This document shows positions 31,999 through 42,201 of a DNA stretch of 64,000 nucleotides, piece by piece. Numbering within the stretch: the stretch's first letter is position 1; every line of letters starts with the position of its first letter. This DNA is from Gammaproteobacteria bacterium (GTDB taxonomy: Bacteria; Pseudomonadota; Gammaproteobacteria; UBA4575), in the NCBI GenBank assembly GCA_965203725.1, contig CBDBDH010000002.1:478829-542828 (forward strand), in the 5' to 3' direction. Both the position numbers and the translations under genes were made by a program. Under the pieces are notes generated by a model. The model searched no databases and had not been told where the DNA came from. It was given only the letters and a program-made list of their open reading frames with translations.

Positions 31999-32775
31999 CT
32001 ACGTGCCGTTCAGGTCTTCCTCGCCGCGCAGGGTCAGCACTTCATGCCCGTGTTCGGTGACCAGCACCGTGTGCTCCCATTGCGCAGACAGGCTGTGGTC
32101 CTTGGTGACCACCGTCCAGCGGTCCGGCAGCAGGCGCACATTGCGTTTTCCGGCGTTGACCATGGGCTCGATCGTGAAGGTCATGCCGGGCTGCAGACGC
32201 AGTCCGGTATCGGGTTTGCCGTAGTGCAGCACCTGCGGGTCTTCGTGGAACACGCGCCCGATGCCGTGCCCGCAGTATTCGCGCACCACGGAAAAGCGGT
32301 GGCTTTCCGCGAAGCTCTGGATGGCGTGTCCGATGTCCCCGAGCCGGGCTCCCGGGCGCACCTGCCGGATGCCGAGTTTCAGCGCCTCGTAGGTGAGGTC
32401 CACCAGGCGCTGGGCCAGCACCGAGGGTTTGCCCAGCAGGAACATCTTGCTGGTGTCGCCGTGAAAGCCGTCCTTGATCACGGTGATGTCGATGTTGAGG
32501 ATGTCGCCGCTCTTGAGCGTGCGTTCTCCCGGGATGCCGTGACACACCTGGTGGTTCACCGAGGTGCAGATGGATTTCGGGAAGCCGCGGTAGTTGAGCG
32601 GTGCCGGAATCGCCTGCTGCACGTCGACGATATGCTCATGGCAGATGCGGTCCAGTTCCTGCGTGCTGACCCCGGGCACGACATGCGGCCCGATCATCTC
32701 CAGCACTTCGGAGGCCAGCTTGCCGGCGACCCGCATTTTCTCGATTTCCTCGGCGGATTTTATCGATACGCCCAT
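31999..32775 (-). CDS. map: Methionine aminopeptidase type I
   Basis: FPKSICTSVN..VCHGIP, NIDIT, HGDTS, GHGIG, TIEPM, SAQWEHT. Confidence 0.98.
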   Translation of the reverse strand: MGVSIKSAEEIEKMRVAGKLASEVLEMIGPHVVPGVSTQELDRICHEHIVDVQQAIPAPLNYRGFPKSICTSVNHQVCHGIPGERTLKSGDILNIDITVIKDGFHGDTSKMFLLGKPSVLAQRLVDLTYEALKLGIRQVRPGARLGDIGHAIQSFAESHRFSVVREYCGHGIGRVFHEDPQVLHYGKPDTGLRLQPGMTFTIEPMVNAGKRNVRLLPDRWTVVTKDHSLSAQWEHTVLVTEHGHEVLTLRGEEDLNGT

Positions 32776-32842
32776 GGTGTGGATGCGGGTTGAGTGGCTC
32801 TCGGCATGCGGGTTCGGGTCGTTGTTCTCAAGTGGGCAGCCA

Positions 32843-32851
32843 TGGTATAAA
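32843..32851 (+). promoter_or_regulatory. Extended -10 promoter element of rpsB (TGgTATAAA)
   Basis: TGGTATAAAG, same as the extended -10 known for gammaproteobacterial rpsB. Confidence 0.65.
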
Positions 32852-32883
32852 GGGCTCGCATTTTTGCACAAACACTAAATTCA

Positions 32884-32954
32884 CACACGTATCGTCACAT
32901 GTGGGTGGGTGCCCTTGACCGGGTTTCCACATGGGATGCGTGGAGGATCAACCC
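32884..32954 (+). ncRNA. rpsB 5' leader (S2 autoregulatory element, t44-like)
   Basis: cacacacgtatcg.cacat...gggtgccc...atgggat.cgtggagg.tcaaccc; conserved leader sequence upstream of rpsB. Confidence 0.8.
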
Positions 32955-32972
32955 ATAGGAGCATTATACAAC

Positions 32973-34145
32973 ATGGCGAATGTCACGATGCGCCAGATGC
33001 TGGAAGCTGGCGTACACTTCGGGCATCAGACGCGCTACTGGAATCCGAAAATGAGTCCTTACATTTTCGGGGAGCGCAACAAGATCCACATCATCAACCT
33101 CGAGAAGACGCTGCCCATGTTTCTCGATGCGGCCACCTTCCTGAGCAAGATGGCAGCCAACAAGGGAACCATCCTGTTCGTGGGAACGAAGCGCTCGGCG
33201 CGCGAAGCGATCCAGGAAGAGGCGACGCGCTGCGGCATGCCCTACGTCAATCACCGCTGGCTGGGCGGCATGCTGACCAACTTCAATACCGTCAGCAAGT
33301 CCATACAGCGTCTGCAGGATCTCGAGCAGGTGGCAAGCGGCGAGGGCATTGAGCGGCTCAGCAAGAAGGAACTGCTGATGCTCAAGCGCGAACTGTTCAA
33401 GCTGGAGCGCAGCCTGGGCGGGATCAAGAACATGTCGAGCCTGCCGGACGCCCTGTTCGTCATCGACGTCGGCTACGAAGCCATTGCGGTCAGCGAGGCC
33501 AACAAGCTGGGCATCCCGGTGGCGGCCATCGTCGACAGCAACAACAAGGCGGACGGCGTGGATTACGTGATTCCCGGAAACGACGACGCGATACGGGCCA
33601 TCCGGCTGTTTTCATCGCACATGGCGGACGCCATCCTGGAAGGCAAGGAAAGCTCCCAGGTGATGACGGGTGCCGAGGACGAGTTCGTCGAGGTGGATGC
33701 GGCGGGCAAGGTGGCGGAACCGGACAAAGAGGACAAACCGAAACAGAAGATCACGGTGAAACGAAAGGCCGCCGCGAAGGCGAAACCCGCCAAGGCCGCC
33801 AAAGCCGATGAAAAACCTGCGGCTGCAGACCAGGACGATGCAGCGAAAACGGCAAAGGGCGACGAAAAGGTAGAAACTGCTGAAAAGGCAGAGGCCGTAA
33901 AGAAGACCGAAGCCGCGGAAAAGGCCGAAACCGAAACCAAGGCTGCGGCGAAGCCCAAGGCCAAGCCCAAGGCAAAAGCCAAAGCCAAGACTGAAACCAA
34001 GGCCAAGGCAAAAACCGAAACCAAGACCGAAACAAAGGCTGAAACAAAGACCGAAGCGAAAACCGAAGCAAAACCCGACGCGGGGGCGGACGAACCAAAG
34101 AAGGCTGCAGTTAAGACCGCGGAACCGGCCTCGGATGCAGACTGA
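32973..34145 (+). CDS. rpsB: 30S ribosomal protein S2 with long low-complexity C-terminal tail
   Basis: [39 protein letters not shown]; then ~165 aa rich in Ala/Lys/Glu/Thr. Confidence 0.98.
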   Translation: MANVTMRQMLEAGVHFGHQTRYWNPKMSPYIFGERNKIHIINLEKTLPMFLDAATFLSKMAANKGTILFVGTKRSAREAIQEEATRCGMPYVNHRWLGGMLTNFNTVSKSIQRLQDLEQVASGEGIERLSKKELLMLKRELFKLERSLGGIKNMSSLPDALFVIDVGYEAIAVSEANKLGIPVAAIVDSNNKADGVDYVIPGNDDAIRAIRLFSSHMADAILEGKESSQVMTGAEDEFVEVDAAGKVAEPDKEDKPKQKITVKRKAAAKAKPAKAAKADEKPAAADQDDAAKTAKGDEKVETAEKAEAVKKTEAAEKAETETKAAAKPKAKPKAKAKAKTETKAKAKTETKTETKAETKTEAKTEAKPDAGADEPKKAAVKTAEPASDAD

Positions 34146-34189
34146 ATTGAAACCACACGGGCAATGACTGGAGAACCTAGGGAAGAACG

Positions 34190-35086
34190 ATGCAGATAAC
34201 GGCGACACTGGTAAAGGAACTGCGTGAGCGAACGGGCGCAGGCATGATGGAATGCAAGAAGGCACTGCAGGAGAGCAGTGGAGACATTGATGCGGCCATT
34301 GAACAGATGCGCAAGATCGGACAGGCCAAGGCGGACAAGAAAGCCAGCCGCATTGCCGCGGACGGCATGGTGGTCATGGCCGCTTCGGCCGATGGCAAGC
34401 AGGCTTCCCTTGTCGAGGTGAACTGCGAAACCGATTTCGTTGCCAAGGACAAGCAGTTCCAGGCCTATTGCGCGCAGCTGGCCGGCCTCGTGCTGGGCAG
34501 TGAAATCGACACGGTGGAGGCTTTGGGGGCGGCCACACTGGAGTCGGGCCTCAGCGTGGAGCAGGCCCGCCTGGAGCTGGTGACCAAGATCGGCGAAAAC
34601 ATCCGCATCCGCCGGCTGCAGAACATGCGCAGCGAACACGCGATCGCGGGCTACCTGCATGGCAACCGCATCGGCGTGCTGGTCGATTATTCCGGGGGCG
34701 ATGCCACGCTGGGCAAGGATGTGGCCATGCACATTGCGGCCAGCCGCCCGGCCTGCGTTTCCGACGAAGACGTGGACGAGGCGGTGCTTGCCAAGGAACG
34801 GGCGATATTCCAGGCCCAGGCCGAGGACAGCGGCAAGCCGGATAATATCGTCGAGAAGATCGTGGAGGGCCGGGTGAAAAAGTTCCTCAAGGAAATCACC
34901 CTGCTGGGCCAGCCCTTCGTGAAAGACCCGGACCAGTCGATGGCGCAACTGCTGAAAAGTGCAGATGCGAAGGTGACCGGATTTGTCCGCTTCGAAGTGG
35001 GTGAAGGCCTTGAGAAGCGATCGGACAACTTCGTCGATGAGGTGATGGGCCAGGTCAAGCAAAGCGAGGACCCGGCAGGGGAATAG
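34190..35086 (+). CDS. tsf: Elongation factor Ts
   Basis: VKELRERTGAGMMECKKAL, EVNCETDFVAK, RFEVGEG. Confidence 0.99.
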   Translation: MQITATLVKELRERTGAGMMECKKALQESSGDIDAAIEQMRKIGQAKADKKASRIAADGMVVMAASADGKQASLVEVNCETDFVAKDKQFQAYCAQLAGLVLGSEIDTVEALGAATLESGLSVEQARLELVTKIGENIRIRRLQNMRSEHAIAGYLHGNRIGVLVDYSGGDATLGKDVAMHIAASRPACVSDEDVDEAVLAKERAIFQAQAEDSGKPDNIVEKIVEGRVKKFLKEITLLGQPFVKDPDQSMAQLLKSADAKVTGFVRFEVGEGLEKRSDNFVDEVMGQVKQSEDPAGE

Positions 35087-35163
35087 GGTGGTACGCGGTT
35101 CAGCGAAGGAGGCCTGGACGAGGTTTTTCAGGATGTGTTGACAGGCAGTAGCCGGGGTGCGCA

Positions 35164-35721
35164 GTGATTGACGAGATACAACAGCATGCACGGCAGCGGA
35201 TGCGCAAGAGCATTGATTCATTGACCCATGAATTGTCGAGGGTGCGTACCGGGCGCGCCAGTGCAAACCTGCTGGACCACGTCATGGTGGAGTACTACGG
35301 CAGCGAGGTGCCGATCAACCAGACGGCCACGGTCGCCGTGGAAGATGCGCGCACGATCTCGATCACACCCTGGGAAAATTCCCTCGTGCCCGTCATTGAG
35401 AAAGCCATCATGAGCTCAGACCTGGGGCTGAATCCCACCACGGCCGGCACCGTCATCCGCGTGATCGTTCCCCCCCTGACCGAGGAAAGGCGCAAGAGCC
35501 TGATCCGCATGGTGGAAGGCGAGGCCGAGAAATCCCGTGTCGCGATTCGCAATATCCGCCGCGACGCGAATGCGGACTTCAAGGAACTGCTGAAAGAAAA
35601 AGAGATTACGGAAGATGAAAGCCATCATGCCCAGGCCGAGATCCAGAAGCTCACGGACCAGTTCGTCGGGGAGATCGATACGTTACTGGAACAAAAAGAA
35701 AAAGACCTGATGACTGTCTAG
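35164..35721 (+). CDS. frr: Ribosome recycling factor
   Basis: RTGRAS..LLD, DLGLNP, LTEERRK, RVAIRNIRRDAN; GTG start. Confidence 0.98.
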   Translation: MIDEIQQHARQRMRKSIDSLTHELSRVRTGRASANLLDHVMVEYYGSEVPINQTATVAVEDARTISITPWENSLVPVIEKAIMSSDLGLNPTTAGTVIRVIVPPLTEERRKSLIRMVEGEAEKSRVAIRNIRRDANADFKELLKEKEITEDESHHAQAEIQKLTDQFVGEIDTLLEQKEKDLMTV

Positions 35722-35754
35722 AGGCGCAGTCCTCCAGGTGCCCTTTCCGACCCC

Positions 35755-36477
35755 ATGCCAGACAAGCCCGCCTTAGCGCACGTTGCCATCATCATGGATG
35801 GCAACGGAAGATGGGCCGAGCAGCGCAACCTGCCGCGCACCGCCGGCCACCGCCAGGGCATCGAGGCCACGCGGGGAATCATCGAAGCCTGCGTGCAGCG
35901 TGAAATCAAGTACCTGACCCTGTTCGCCTTCAGCAGCGAGAACTGGAAACGGCCGAAGACCGAAATCTCCGTGCTCATGGACCTGTTCGTGGAATCGCTG
36001 CAAAGCGAGGTGCGGGCGCTGGATGAGAAGGGGGTCTGCCTGCGGTTCCTCGGCCACCGTGAAGCGTTCTCGAACGGGCTCTGCCAGCAAATCCAGCGCG
36101 CGGAGGTGCTGACACGCACCAACGACAAACTGTTTTTGAACATTGCCATGGGCTACGGGGGGCGCTGGGACATCCTCCAGGCGGTGGGAAACATCGTCGA
36201 GGATGTCGTGCACGAGCGCCTGGCGGCGGAAGACATCGACGAGGCGCTTTTGGAGGATCGCCTGGTCACGCACGGCATTCCGGCCCCGGACCTGTTCATC
36301 CGTACCGGCGGCGAGAAGCGCATCAGCAACTTTTTGTTATGGCAGCTGGCCTACACGGAACTCTATTTCAGTGACACCCTGTGGCCGGATTTCAACGCAG
36401 ATGAACTGGAAAAGGCATTTGAGAATTACCGTGTAAGGCAGAGAAGGTTCGGCCTTATACAAGAACAACTCGCGTGA
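35755..36477 (+). CDS. uppS: Undecaprenyl diphosphate synthase
   Basis: HVAIIMDGNGRWA, FAFSSENWKRP, PDLFIRTGGEKRISNFLLWQ. Confidence 0.98.
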   Translation: MPDKPALAHVAIIMDGNGRWAEQRNLPRTAGHRQGIEATRGIIEACVQREIKYLTLFAFSSENWKRPKTEISVLMDLFVESLQSEVRALDEKGVCLRFLGHREAFSNGLCQQIQRAEVLTRTNDKLFLNIAMGYGGRWDILQAVGNIVEDVVHERLAAEDIDEALLEDRLVTHGIPAPDLFIRTGGEKRISNFLLWQLAYTELYFSDTLWPDFNADELEKAFENYRVRQRRFGLIQEQLA

Positions 36478-36484
36478 TCAGGCC

Positions 36485-37288
36485 ATGCTCAGGCAACGCG
36501 TGATCACCGCAATCCCCCTCGGGGCCGGGATCCTGGCGTGCGTCCTGTTCCTGCCCAACCCCTGGCTGGCCCTGGTGTTTGCGATGATCTCCGTGCTGGC
36601 GGCCTGGGAGTGGGCCCGCCTGATCGCCCTGCCCGGGACCCTGTGGCGAGCGGTGTATGCGCTGGCGGTGGCGCTCCTGCTGGCGGTGGCCTGGGTGTAC
36701 CCGGAACACGCGCGGACCGTTTTCCTGGTCGCGGTGCTGTGGTGGACCGCGAGCGTGGTCCTGCTGGCCGCCTATGAACCCGGCTGGCTTCACGCCCGCT
36801 GGCTGTGGGGGTTGCTGGGGCTGTCCGGCTTTGTCGTGCTGGTGCCGACCTGGCTCGGCGTGGTTCATCTGCATGCGCAGCGCCCGGGCCTGCTGGTCTT
36901 CTTGCTGGTGCTGGTCAGCATGGCGGATGTCTTTGCATACCTTGCCGGGCGCCGGTTCGGCAAGAACAAGCTTGCCCCGGACCTGAGTCCCGGGAAAACC
37001 CGCGAGGGATTGTGGGGGGCCCTGCTGGGCTCTTTGCCGCTGGTCCTGCTCGGCATGTACGTGCTCGGCCTGGACAGGGCCGTCTGGGTCTACTTCATTG
37101 GCCTGAGCCTGATCTGCGTGCTGCTGTCCGTGATCGGCGATCTCTACGAGAGTCTTCTCAAGCGCCGCGCCGGGGCCAAGGACAGCGGCACGATTTTACC
37201 GGGCCATGGCGGGGTGCTGGACCGGATTGACAGCCTGACCGCGGCCGCGCCCTGTTTCATGTTTGGGGTATACTGGCTGCATGGCTGA
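36485..37288 (+). CDS. cdsA: Phosphatidate cytidylyltransferase
   Basis: D.FAY..GRRFGK.KLAP..SPGKT.EG, GDLYESLLKR..G.KDSG..LPGHGGVLDRIDS. Confidence 0.97.
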   Translation: MLRQRVITAIPLGAGILACVLFLPNPWLALVFAMISVLAAWEWARLIALPGTLWRAVYALAVALLLAVAWVYPEHARTVFLVAVLWWTASVVLLAAYEPGWLHARWLWGLLGLSGFVVLVPTWLGVVHLHAQRPGLLVFLLVLVSMADVFAYLAGRRFGKNKLAPDLSPGKTREGLWGALLGSLPLVLLGMYVLGLDRAVWVYFIGLSLICVLLSVIGDLYESLLKRRAGAKDSGTILPGHGGVLDRIDSLTAAAPCFMFGVYWLHG

Positions 37289-38495
37289 AACCCAGACAAA
37301 TGTCCGCCCTTTTGCACCCGAGGTGGCCCGTGTCTCGATCCTCGGGGCGACCGGTTCGGTGGGCGTCAACACCCTGAACGTGATCGAGCAGCACGGGGCG
37401 AAGTTCTCCGTCAGCGCACTGACGGCGAACAACAATATTGACCTCCTGTACGAGCAGTGCCAGAAGTTTCGCCCCGAAGTGGCCGTGGTGGCCAATGAAC
37501 AACGGGTGGACGAGTTCAGTGCCAAGTTCAACGGCAGCGGCTACAAGCCGGACATCCATGCGGGCAGCCGGGGCCTGGAGCTTGCCGCCAGCCTCGCCGA
37601 GGTGGACTACGTCATGGCCGCGATCGTGGGGGCGGCCGGCCTGCCGGCGACCCTGGCCGCCGCACAGGCGGGCAAACGCACGCTGCTCGCCAACAAGGAG
37701 GCGCTGGTCATGTCGGGCGGCCTGCTGATGAATGCGGCGCGCACCCACGCGGCCGAACTGCTGCCCATCGACAGCGAGCACAACGCCGTGTTCCAGTGCC
37801 TGGCCGGCAGCAACGCATGTGATGTTGAAAAGATCATCCTGACCGCTTCGGGCGGGCCTTTCCTGAAGCATCCGCTGGACGAACTGGCCGGCGTGACCCC
37901 CGAACAGGCAGTCGCCCATCCCAACTGGGAAATGGGCAAAAAGATTTCCGTGGACTCGGCGACGATGATGAACAAGGGCCTTGAAATTATCGAGGCGTGC
38001 CTGCTGTTTGAAAAAAATGCAGCCGACATCGAGGTGACGATCCACCCCCAGTCCATCATCCACTCGCTGGTGGCCTACGTGGACGGCTCGCTGATCGCGC
38101 ATCTCGCGTACCCGGACATGCGGGTGCCGATCGCCCATGCCCTGGCCTGGCCGCAGCGCATCCGCTCGGGCGTGAGCGGCATCGATCTCGCCAGGCTGGG
38201 TCCGCTGGAGTTCACCGAGCCCGACCGTGCGCGCTTTCCCTGCCTGCAACTGGCCTACCAGGTGCTGGAGTCCGGGGGCAGTGCCGCAATCGTGCTGAAT
38301 GCCGCCAATGAAGTGGCGGTTTCGAGCTTTCTGGATTCCGAGATCCGCTTTACGGAGATCCCGCAGGTGATCGATGCCGCATTGCAGCATCTCGAACATG
38401 AAGAGGCACAGGAACTGCAGATGATCCTGGAAAAGGACCGCCAGGCACGTTCCTATGCCCGGACATTCATCGAACAGTCGGTCAGGCCCTCATGA
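37281..38495 (+). CDS. dxr: 1-deoxy-D-xylulose 5-phosphate reductoisomerase
   Basis: LGATGSVG, LANKEALV, PIDSEHNA, LTASGGPF, HPNW.MGKKISVDSATMMNKGLE. Confidence 0.98.
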   Translation: MAETQTNVRPFAPEVARVSILGATGSVGVNTLNVIEQHGAKFSVSALTANNNIDLLYEQCQKFRPEVAVVANEQRVDEFSAKFNGSGYKPDIHAGSRGLELAASLAEVDYVMAAIVGAAGLPATLAAAQAGKRTLLANKEALVMSGGLLMNAARTHAAELLPIDSEHNAVFQCLAGSNACDVEKIILTASGGPFLKHPLDELAGVTPEQAVAHPNWEMGKKISVDSATMMNKGLEIIEACLLFEKNAADIEVTIHPQSIIHSLVAYVDGSLIAHLAYPDMRVPIAHALAWPQRIRSGVSGIDLARLGPLEFTEPDRARFPCLQLAYQVLESGGSAAIVLNAANEVAVSSFLDSEIRFTEIPQVIDAALQHLEHEEAQELQMILEKDRQARSYARTFIEQSVRPS

Positions 38496-39847
38496 TCCAG
38501 GCACTGGGCTACATACTGGCGTTCGTGGCGGTGATTGCCATCATCGTCACCGTGCATGAATTCGGACACTGCTGGGTGGCCAAGAAGTGCGGCGTGAAGG
38601 TGTTGCGTTTCTCCATTGGCCTGGGCAAGCCGTTCTGGACCCGGCGTTTTGGCGAAACCGAATACGTCGTGGCCAGCATCCCGCTGGGGGGCTACGTGAA
38701 GATGCTCGATGAGCGCGAGGGCGAGGTCGGTGCAGACGAGGTGCACCGCGCCTTCAACCGCCAGCCGGTCGGGACGAGGTTTGCGATCGTCGCTGCCGGC
38801 CCGCTGTTCAATTTCATTTTTGCGGTATTTGCCTACTGGGTGACCTTCATCGTCGGCGTCGAGGGGGCCCGGCCCACGGCCGGCGAGGTCTCGCCGCAGA
38901 GCATTGCCTGGCAGGCCGGGATTCGGGCCAACGACACCTTCGTGTCGGTGGAGGGGGTCCCGGTGCATACCTGGCAGCAGACCTCGATCCAGCTGATCGA
39001 CCGGGCGCTGGAGCGGGGACAGGTGAGGGCGGGCCTGCGAAACGAGGATTCCGGTGCGAAGGGGGTGACCCTGGACCTGAGCGACACGCGCCGGCTGTTG
39101 TCCGAGGGCAACCTGCTTGAGAAGCTCGGCATCACCCCCTGGCGGTACGCGTACGAACCCGTGTTCGGCAAGCTGACGCCCGGGGTGGCCAGAGAGGCCG
39201 GCCTGCGCGAGGGCGATCGCGTGATCAGCCTGGACGGCGAGCCCGCGCAGAGCTGGGCGCAGCTGGTCCGCTACATCCAGGACCGGCCCGGAGTGCCGGT
39301 TCGCCTGCTGGTCGAGCGCGATCAGCGCCAGCTGGAGTTCGAGGTGGTCCCGCAAGCGGATCGCCGCGATGGCGAAACCGTCGGGCGGGTGGGGGCCTAT
39401 CCCTACGTGGACCAGGCGCAACTGGAGCAGCAACGCGTGGTGGTGCGCTACAATCCCGTGGACGCCATCCCCCGCAGCATCGTGAAAACCTGGGACGTGT
39501 CCGTCCTGACGCTGAAGCTTCTGTGGGAGCTGGTGCGCGGCGAGGCCTCGCTGAAAAACATCAGCGGCCCGGTGACCATCGCCGAGTATGCCGGGGTTTC
39601 GGCAGCCATCGGCTTTTCCGCCTTTGTCAGTGCGCTTGCGATTATCAGCATCAGTATCGGTATACTGAACCTGCTGCCGATCCCGCTGCTGGACGGCGGT
39701 CACCTGTTCTATTACCTGATCGAGATCATCAAGGGCAGTGCGGTATCCGAACAGATACAGATCATGGGGCAGCGCTTGGGTATAATGATGCTGGCTGGAT
39801 TGATGGGATTGGCTTTTTACAACGACATATACCGACTCCTCCAGTAA
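38492..39847 (+). CDS. rseP: RIP metalloprotease RseP
   Basis: HEFGH, IPLGGYVKM, AAGPLFN, two PDZ-like regions, NLLPIPLLDGGH. Confidence 0.98.
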   Translation: MIQALGYILAFVAVIAIIVTVHEFGHCWVAKKCGVKVLRFSIGLGKPFWTRRFGETEYVVASIPLGGYVKMLDEREGEVGADEVHRAFNRQPVGTRFAIVAAGPLFNFIFAVFAYWVTFIVGVEGARPTAGEVSPQSIAWQAGIRANDTFVSVEGVPVHTWQQTSIQLIDRALERGQVRAGLRNEDSGAKGVTLDLSDTRRLLSEGNLLEKLGITPWRYAYEPVFGKLTPGVAREAGLREGDRVISLDGEPAQSWAQLVRYIQDRPGVPVRLLVERDQRQLEFEVVPQADRRDGETVGRVGAYPYVDQAQLEQQRVVVRYNPVDAIPRSIVKTWDVSVLTLKLLWELVRGEASLKNISGPVTIAEYAGVSAAIGFSAFVSALAIISISIGILNLLPIPLLDGGHLFYYLIEIIKGSAVSEQIQIMGQRLGIMMLAGLMGLAFYNDIYRLLQ

Positions 39848-39883
39848 ACAAAATCAAGAAAAACAAGAAGAACAAGAAAAACA

Positions 39884-42172
39884 ATGTATTTCCTCAGAAG
39901 GTTAGCCCTGACTTGCCTGTTCGCGATGTTGACCCTGCCGGTGCAGGCTGACAGCTTCCGCCTGCAGGACATCCAGATCGAGGGCCTGGAGCGTATCGAA
40001 GCCGGCACCGTGTTCACCTACCTGCCCGTCAAGGTCGGCGACCTGGTCGATGAGGACCAGACGGCGCAGGTGGTCCGCGAACTGTACAAGACCGGCCTGT
40101 TCAAGAACATCGAGCTGCGCCGCGAAGGCGACGTGCTGGTGGTGGTCGTGCAGGAAAGGCCCGGCATTGCCAGCATCACTTTCGATGGCAACAAGATCCT
40201 CGACGACGAGCAGTTGACCGAAGTGCTGGATGATATCGGCATTGCCAGTGGCCGGGTGTTCAACCGCACGGTGCTGGAGCGCCTGGAAGCCGAATTGCTC
40301 CAGCAGTACTACGCATTCGGAAAATACAACGTCGAGGTCGACACCACGGTCGATGAATTGCCGCGCAACCGGGTGGCGGTCAGCATACTCATCGCGGAAG
40401 GCGATGTCGCCCAGATCAAGCAGATCAAGATTGTCGGCAACGAAAGCTTCGATACCGAAACGCTGACGAAGGATTTCGAGTCCGGACTGGCGCCCTGGTA
40501 CAAGCTGTTCAGCACGCGCGACCGCTACGCCAAGCCCAAACTGCAGGGAGATCTCGAGACCCTGCGCGCGCACTACCTGAACCACGGCTACCTGAAGTTC
40601 GACATCAAGTCCACGCAGGTCTCGCTGAGCCCGGACAAGGAAGAGATTTTCATCACCGTCAATATCGATGAGGGCGACCAGTACACGCTGGAGGACATCA
40701 AGCTTGCGGGCAACCTGGTGTTGCCGGAAGAGTACCTCCGGGCCCTGCTGTTTTTCTCGCCGGGAGAAACCTTCTCGCGCAACAAGGTGATCCAGTCGAC
40801 CGAAGCGATTCTCAACCGGCTCGGAGACGAGGGATACGCTTTCCCCAATGTCAATCCCGTGCCCGAGCTGGACGAGGAGAACAAGACCGTCAAGCTCACG
40901 CTCTTTGTCGACCCGGGCAAGCGCTCCTACGTGCGCAGAATCAACTTCCGCGGCCACAAGATTACCCGGGACGAGGTGTACCGCAGGGAGCTGAGACAGA
41001 TGGAGGGCGCCTGGTACTCGCAAACGGGCATTGAAAATTCAAGGCGCAGGATCCAGCGGCTGTCCCACGTGGAATCGGTGGAGGTGGAGACCCAGCGTGT
41101 GCCGGGCGTGGACGACCTGGTCGATCTGGAGATCGAAATCGAGGAAAGACTGGCCGGCAGCTTCAATATCGGTGCGGGCTATTCCGACAGCCAGGGCGCC
41201 GTGTTCTCGACCAGCGTCAGCCAGGAGAACTTCCTGGGTTCGGGCAAGACGGTTTCATTTTCAATCAATACCAGCAAGGTCAACACGATCTACGCCCTGA
41301 ACTATGTGAACCCCTACTACACCATCGACGGCGTAAGCCGCGGGTTCGGCTTCAACTACGCGACCTCGGATGCCGAGGAGGCGGACATCTCGGAATACAG
41401 TACCGACCAGTTCAGCCTCAGCACGAGCTACGGGATCCCGCTCACCGAAGTGGACCGGGTCGGCGCCTTCGCACAGGTCAGCCGCACGGAAGTGACCACC
41501 GGCGTCAACGCGGCGCAGGAAATCCGTGACTACATCGAGGACCATGGCGACGACTACACCAGCCTCACGCTGTCTTCCAGCCTCGTGCACGACACGCGCG
41601 ACAGGAGCCTGTTCCCCCGCATCGGCAACCGCCAGCGCGCCGGGGTGGAGTTTACCTTCCCGGGCAGTGACCTCGAGTTTTACAAGCTCAGCTACAGCAA
41701 TGCCTTCTATTTTCCCCTGAACCAGACCTTTGTGCTGTCGCTGGGCAGCGAAATCGGCTACGGCGATGCGTATGGCAGCGACGAGGATTTGCCGTTTTTC
41801 CAGAAGTTCCGCGCCGGCGGGGTGCGTACCGTGCGCGGCTATGAAAGCAACAGCCTGGGACCCAGGGACTCGCAGGATCAGCCGTTCGGCGGCAACTTTC
41901 TTACCACCCTGAAAGGGGAATTGCTGTTCCCTCCGCCGCCCCTGCCCTTGTTCTCTCCGAGCAGCATGCGCCTGAGCCTGTTCGTCGATGCGGGCAATGT
42001 CTTTGAGGAAATGAATGATTTTGAAACCGGCGAGCTGCGCGCCTCGTTCGGTATCGGGATGAACCTGATCACGGGTTTCGGGGGCATCACGGCGGTACTG
42101 GCTTCGCCCTTTAACGATCAGTCTGGAGACGAGACGGAGTCCTTCCAGTTCAACCTGGGAACCCGTTTCTAG
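39884..42172 (+). CDS. bamA: Outer membrane protein assembly factor BamA
   Basis: POTRA repeats (IEGLERI), VRGYESNSLGP, C-terminal FQFNLGTRF. Confidence 0.98.
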   Translation: MYFLRRLALTCLFAMLTLPVQADSFRLQDIQIEGLERIEAGTVFTYLPVKVGDLVDEDQTAQVVRELYKTGLFKNIELRREGDVLVVVVQERPGIASITFDGNKILDDEQLTEVLDDIGIASGRVFNRTVLERLEAELLQQYYAFGKYNVEVDTTVDELPRNRVAVSILIAEGDVAQIKQIKIVGNESFDTETLTKDFESGLAPWYKLFSTRDRYAKPKLQGDLETLRAHYLNHGYLKFDIKSTQVSLSPDKEEIFITVNIDEGDQYTLEDIKLAGNLVLPEEYLRALLFFSPGETFSRNKVIQSTEAILNRLGDEGYAFPNVNPVPELDEENKTVKLTLFVDPGKRSYVRRINFRGHKITRDEVYRRELRQMEGAWYSQTGIENSRRRIQRLSHVESVEVETQRVPGVDDLVDLEIEIEERLAGSFNIGAGYSDSQGAVFSTSVSQENFLGSGKTVSFSINTSKVNTIYALNYVNPYYTIDGVSRGFGFNYATSDAEEADISEYSTDQFSLSTSYGIPLTEVDRVGAFAQVSRTEVTTGVNAAQEIRDYIEDHGDDYTSLTLSSSLVHDTRDRSLFPRIGNRQRAGVEFTFPGSDLEFYKLSYSNAFYFPLNQTFVLSLGSEIGYGDAYGSDEDLPFFQKFRAGGVRTVRGYESNSLGPRDSQDQPFGGNFLTTLKGELLFPPPPLPLFSPSSMRLSLFVDAGNVFEEMNDFETGELRASFGIGMNLITGFGGITAVLASPFNDQSGDETESFQFNLGTRF

Positions 42173-42201
42173 TTCTAGCATTTTGGAGAGATTGGAAAAC
42201 C

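Noticed and set aside
35087-35163. pyrH remnant in the tsf-frr spacer (reads ...DEVFQDVLTGSSRGAQ*)
   Set aside because: Faint resemblance to a PyrH C-terminus, but too short and weak to support by eye.
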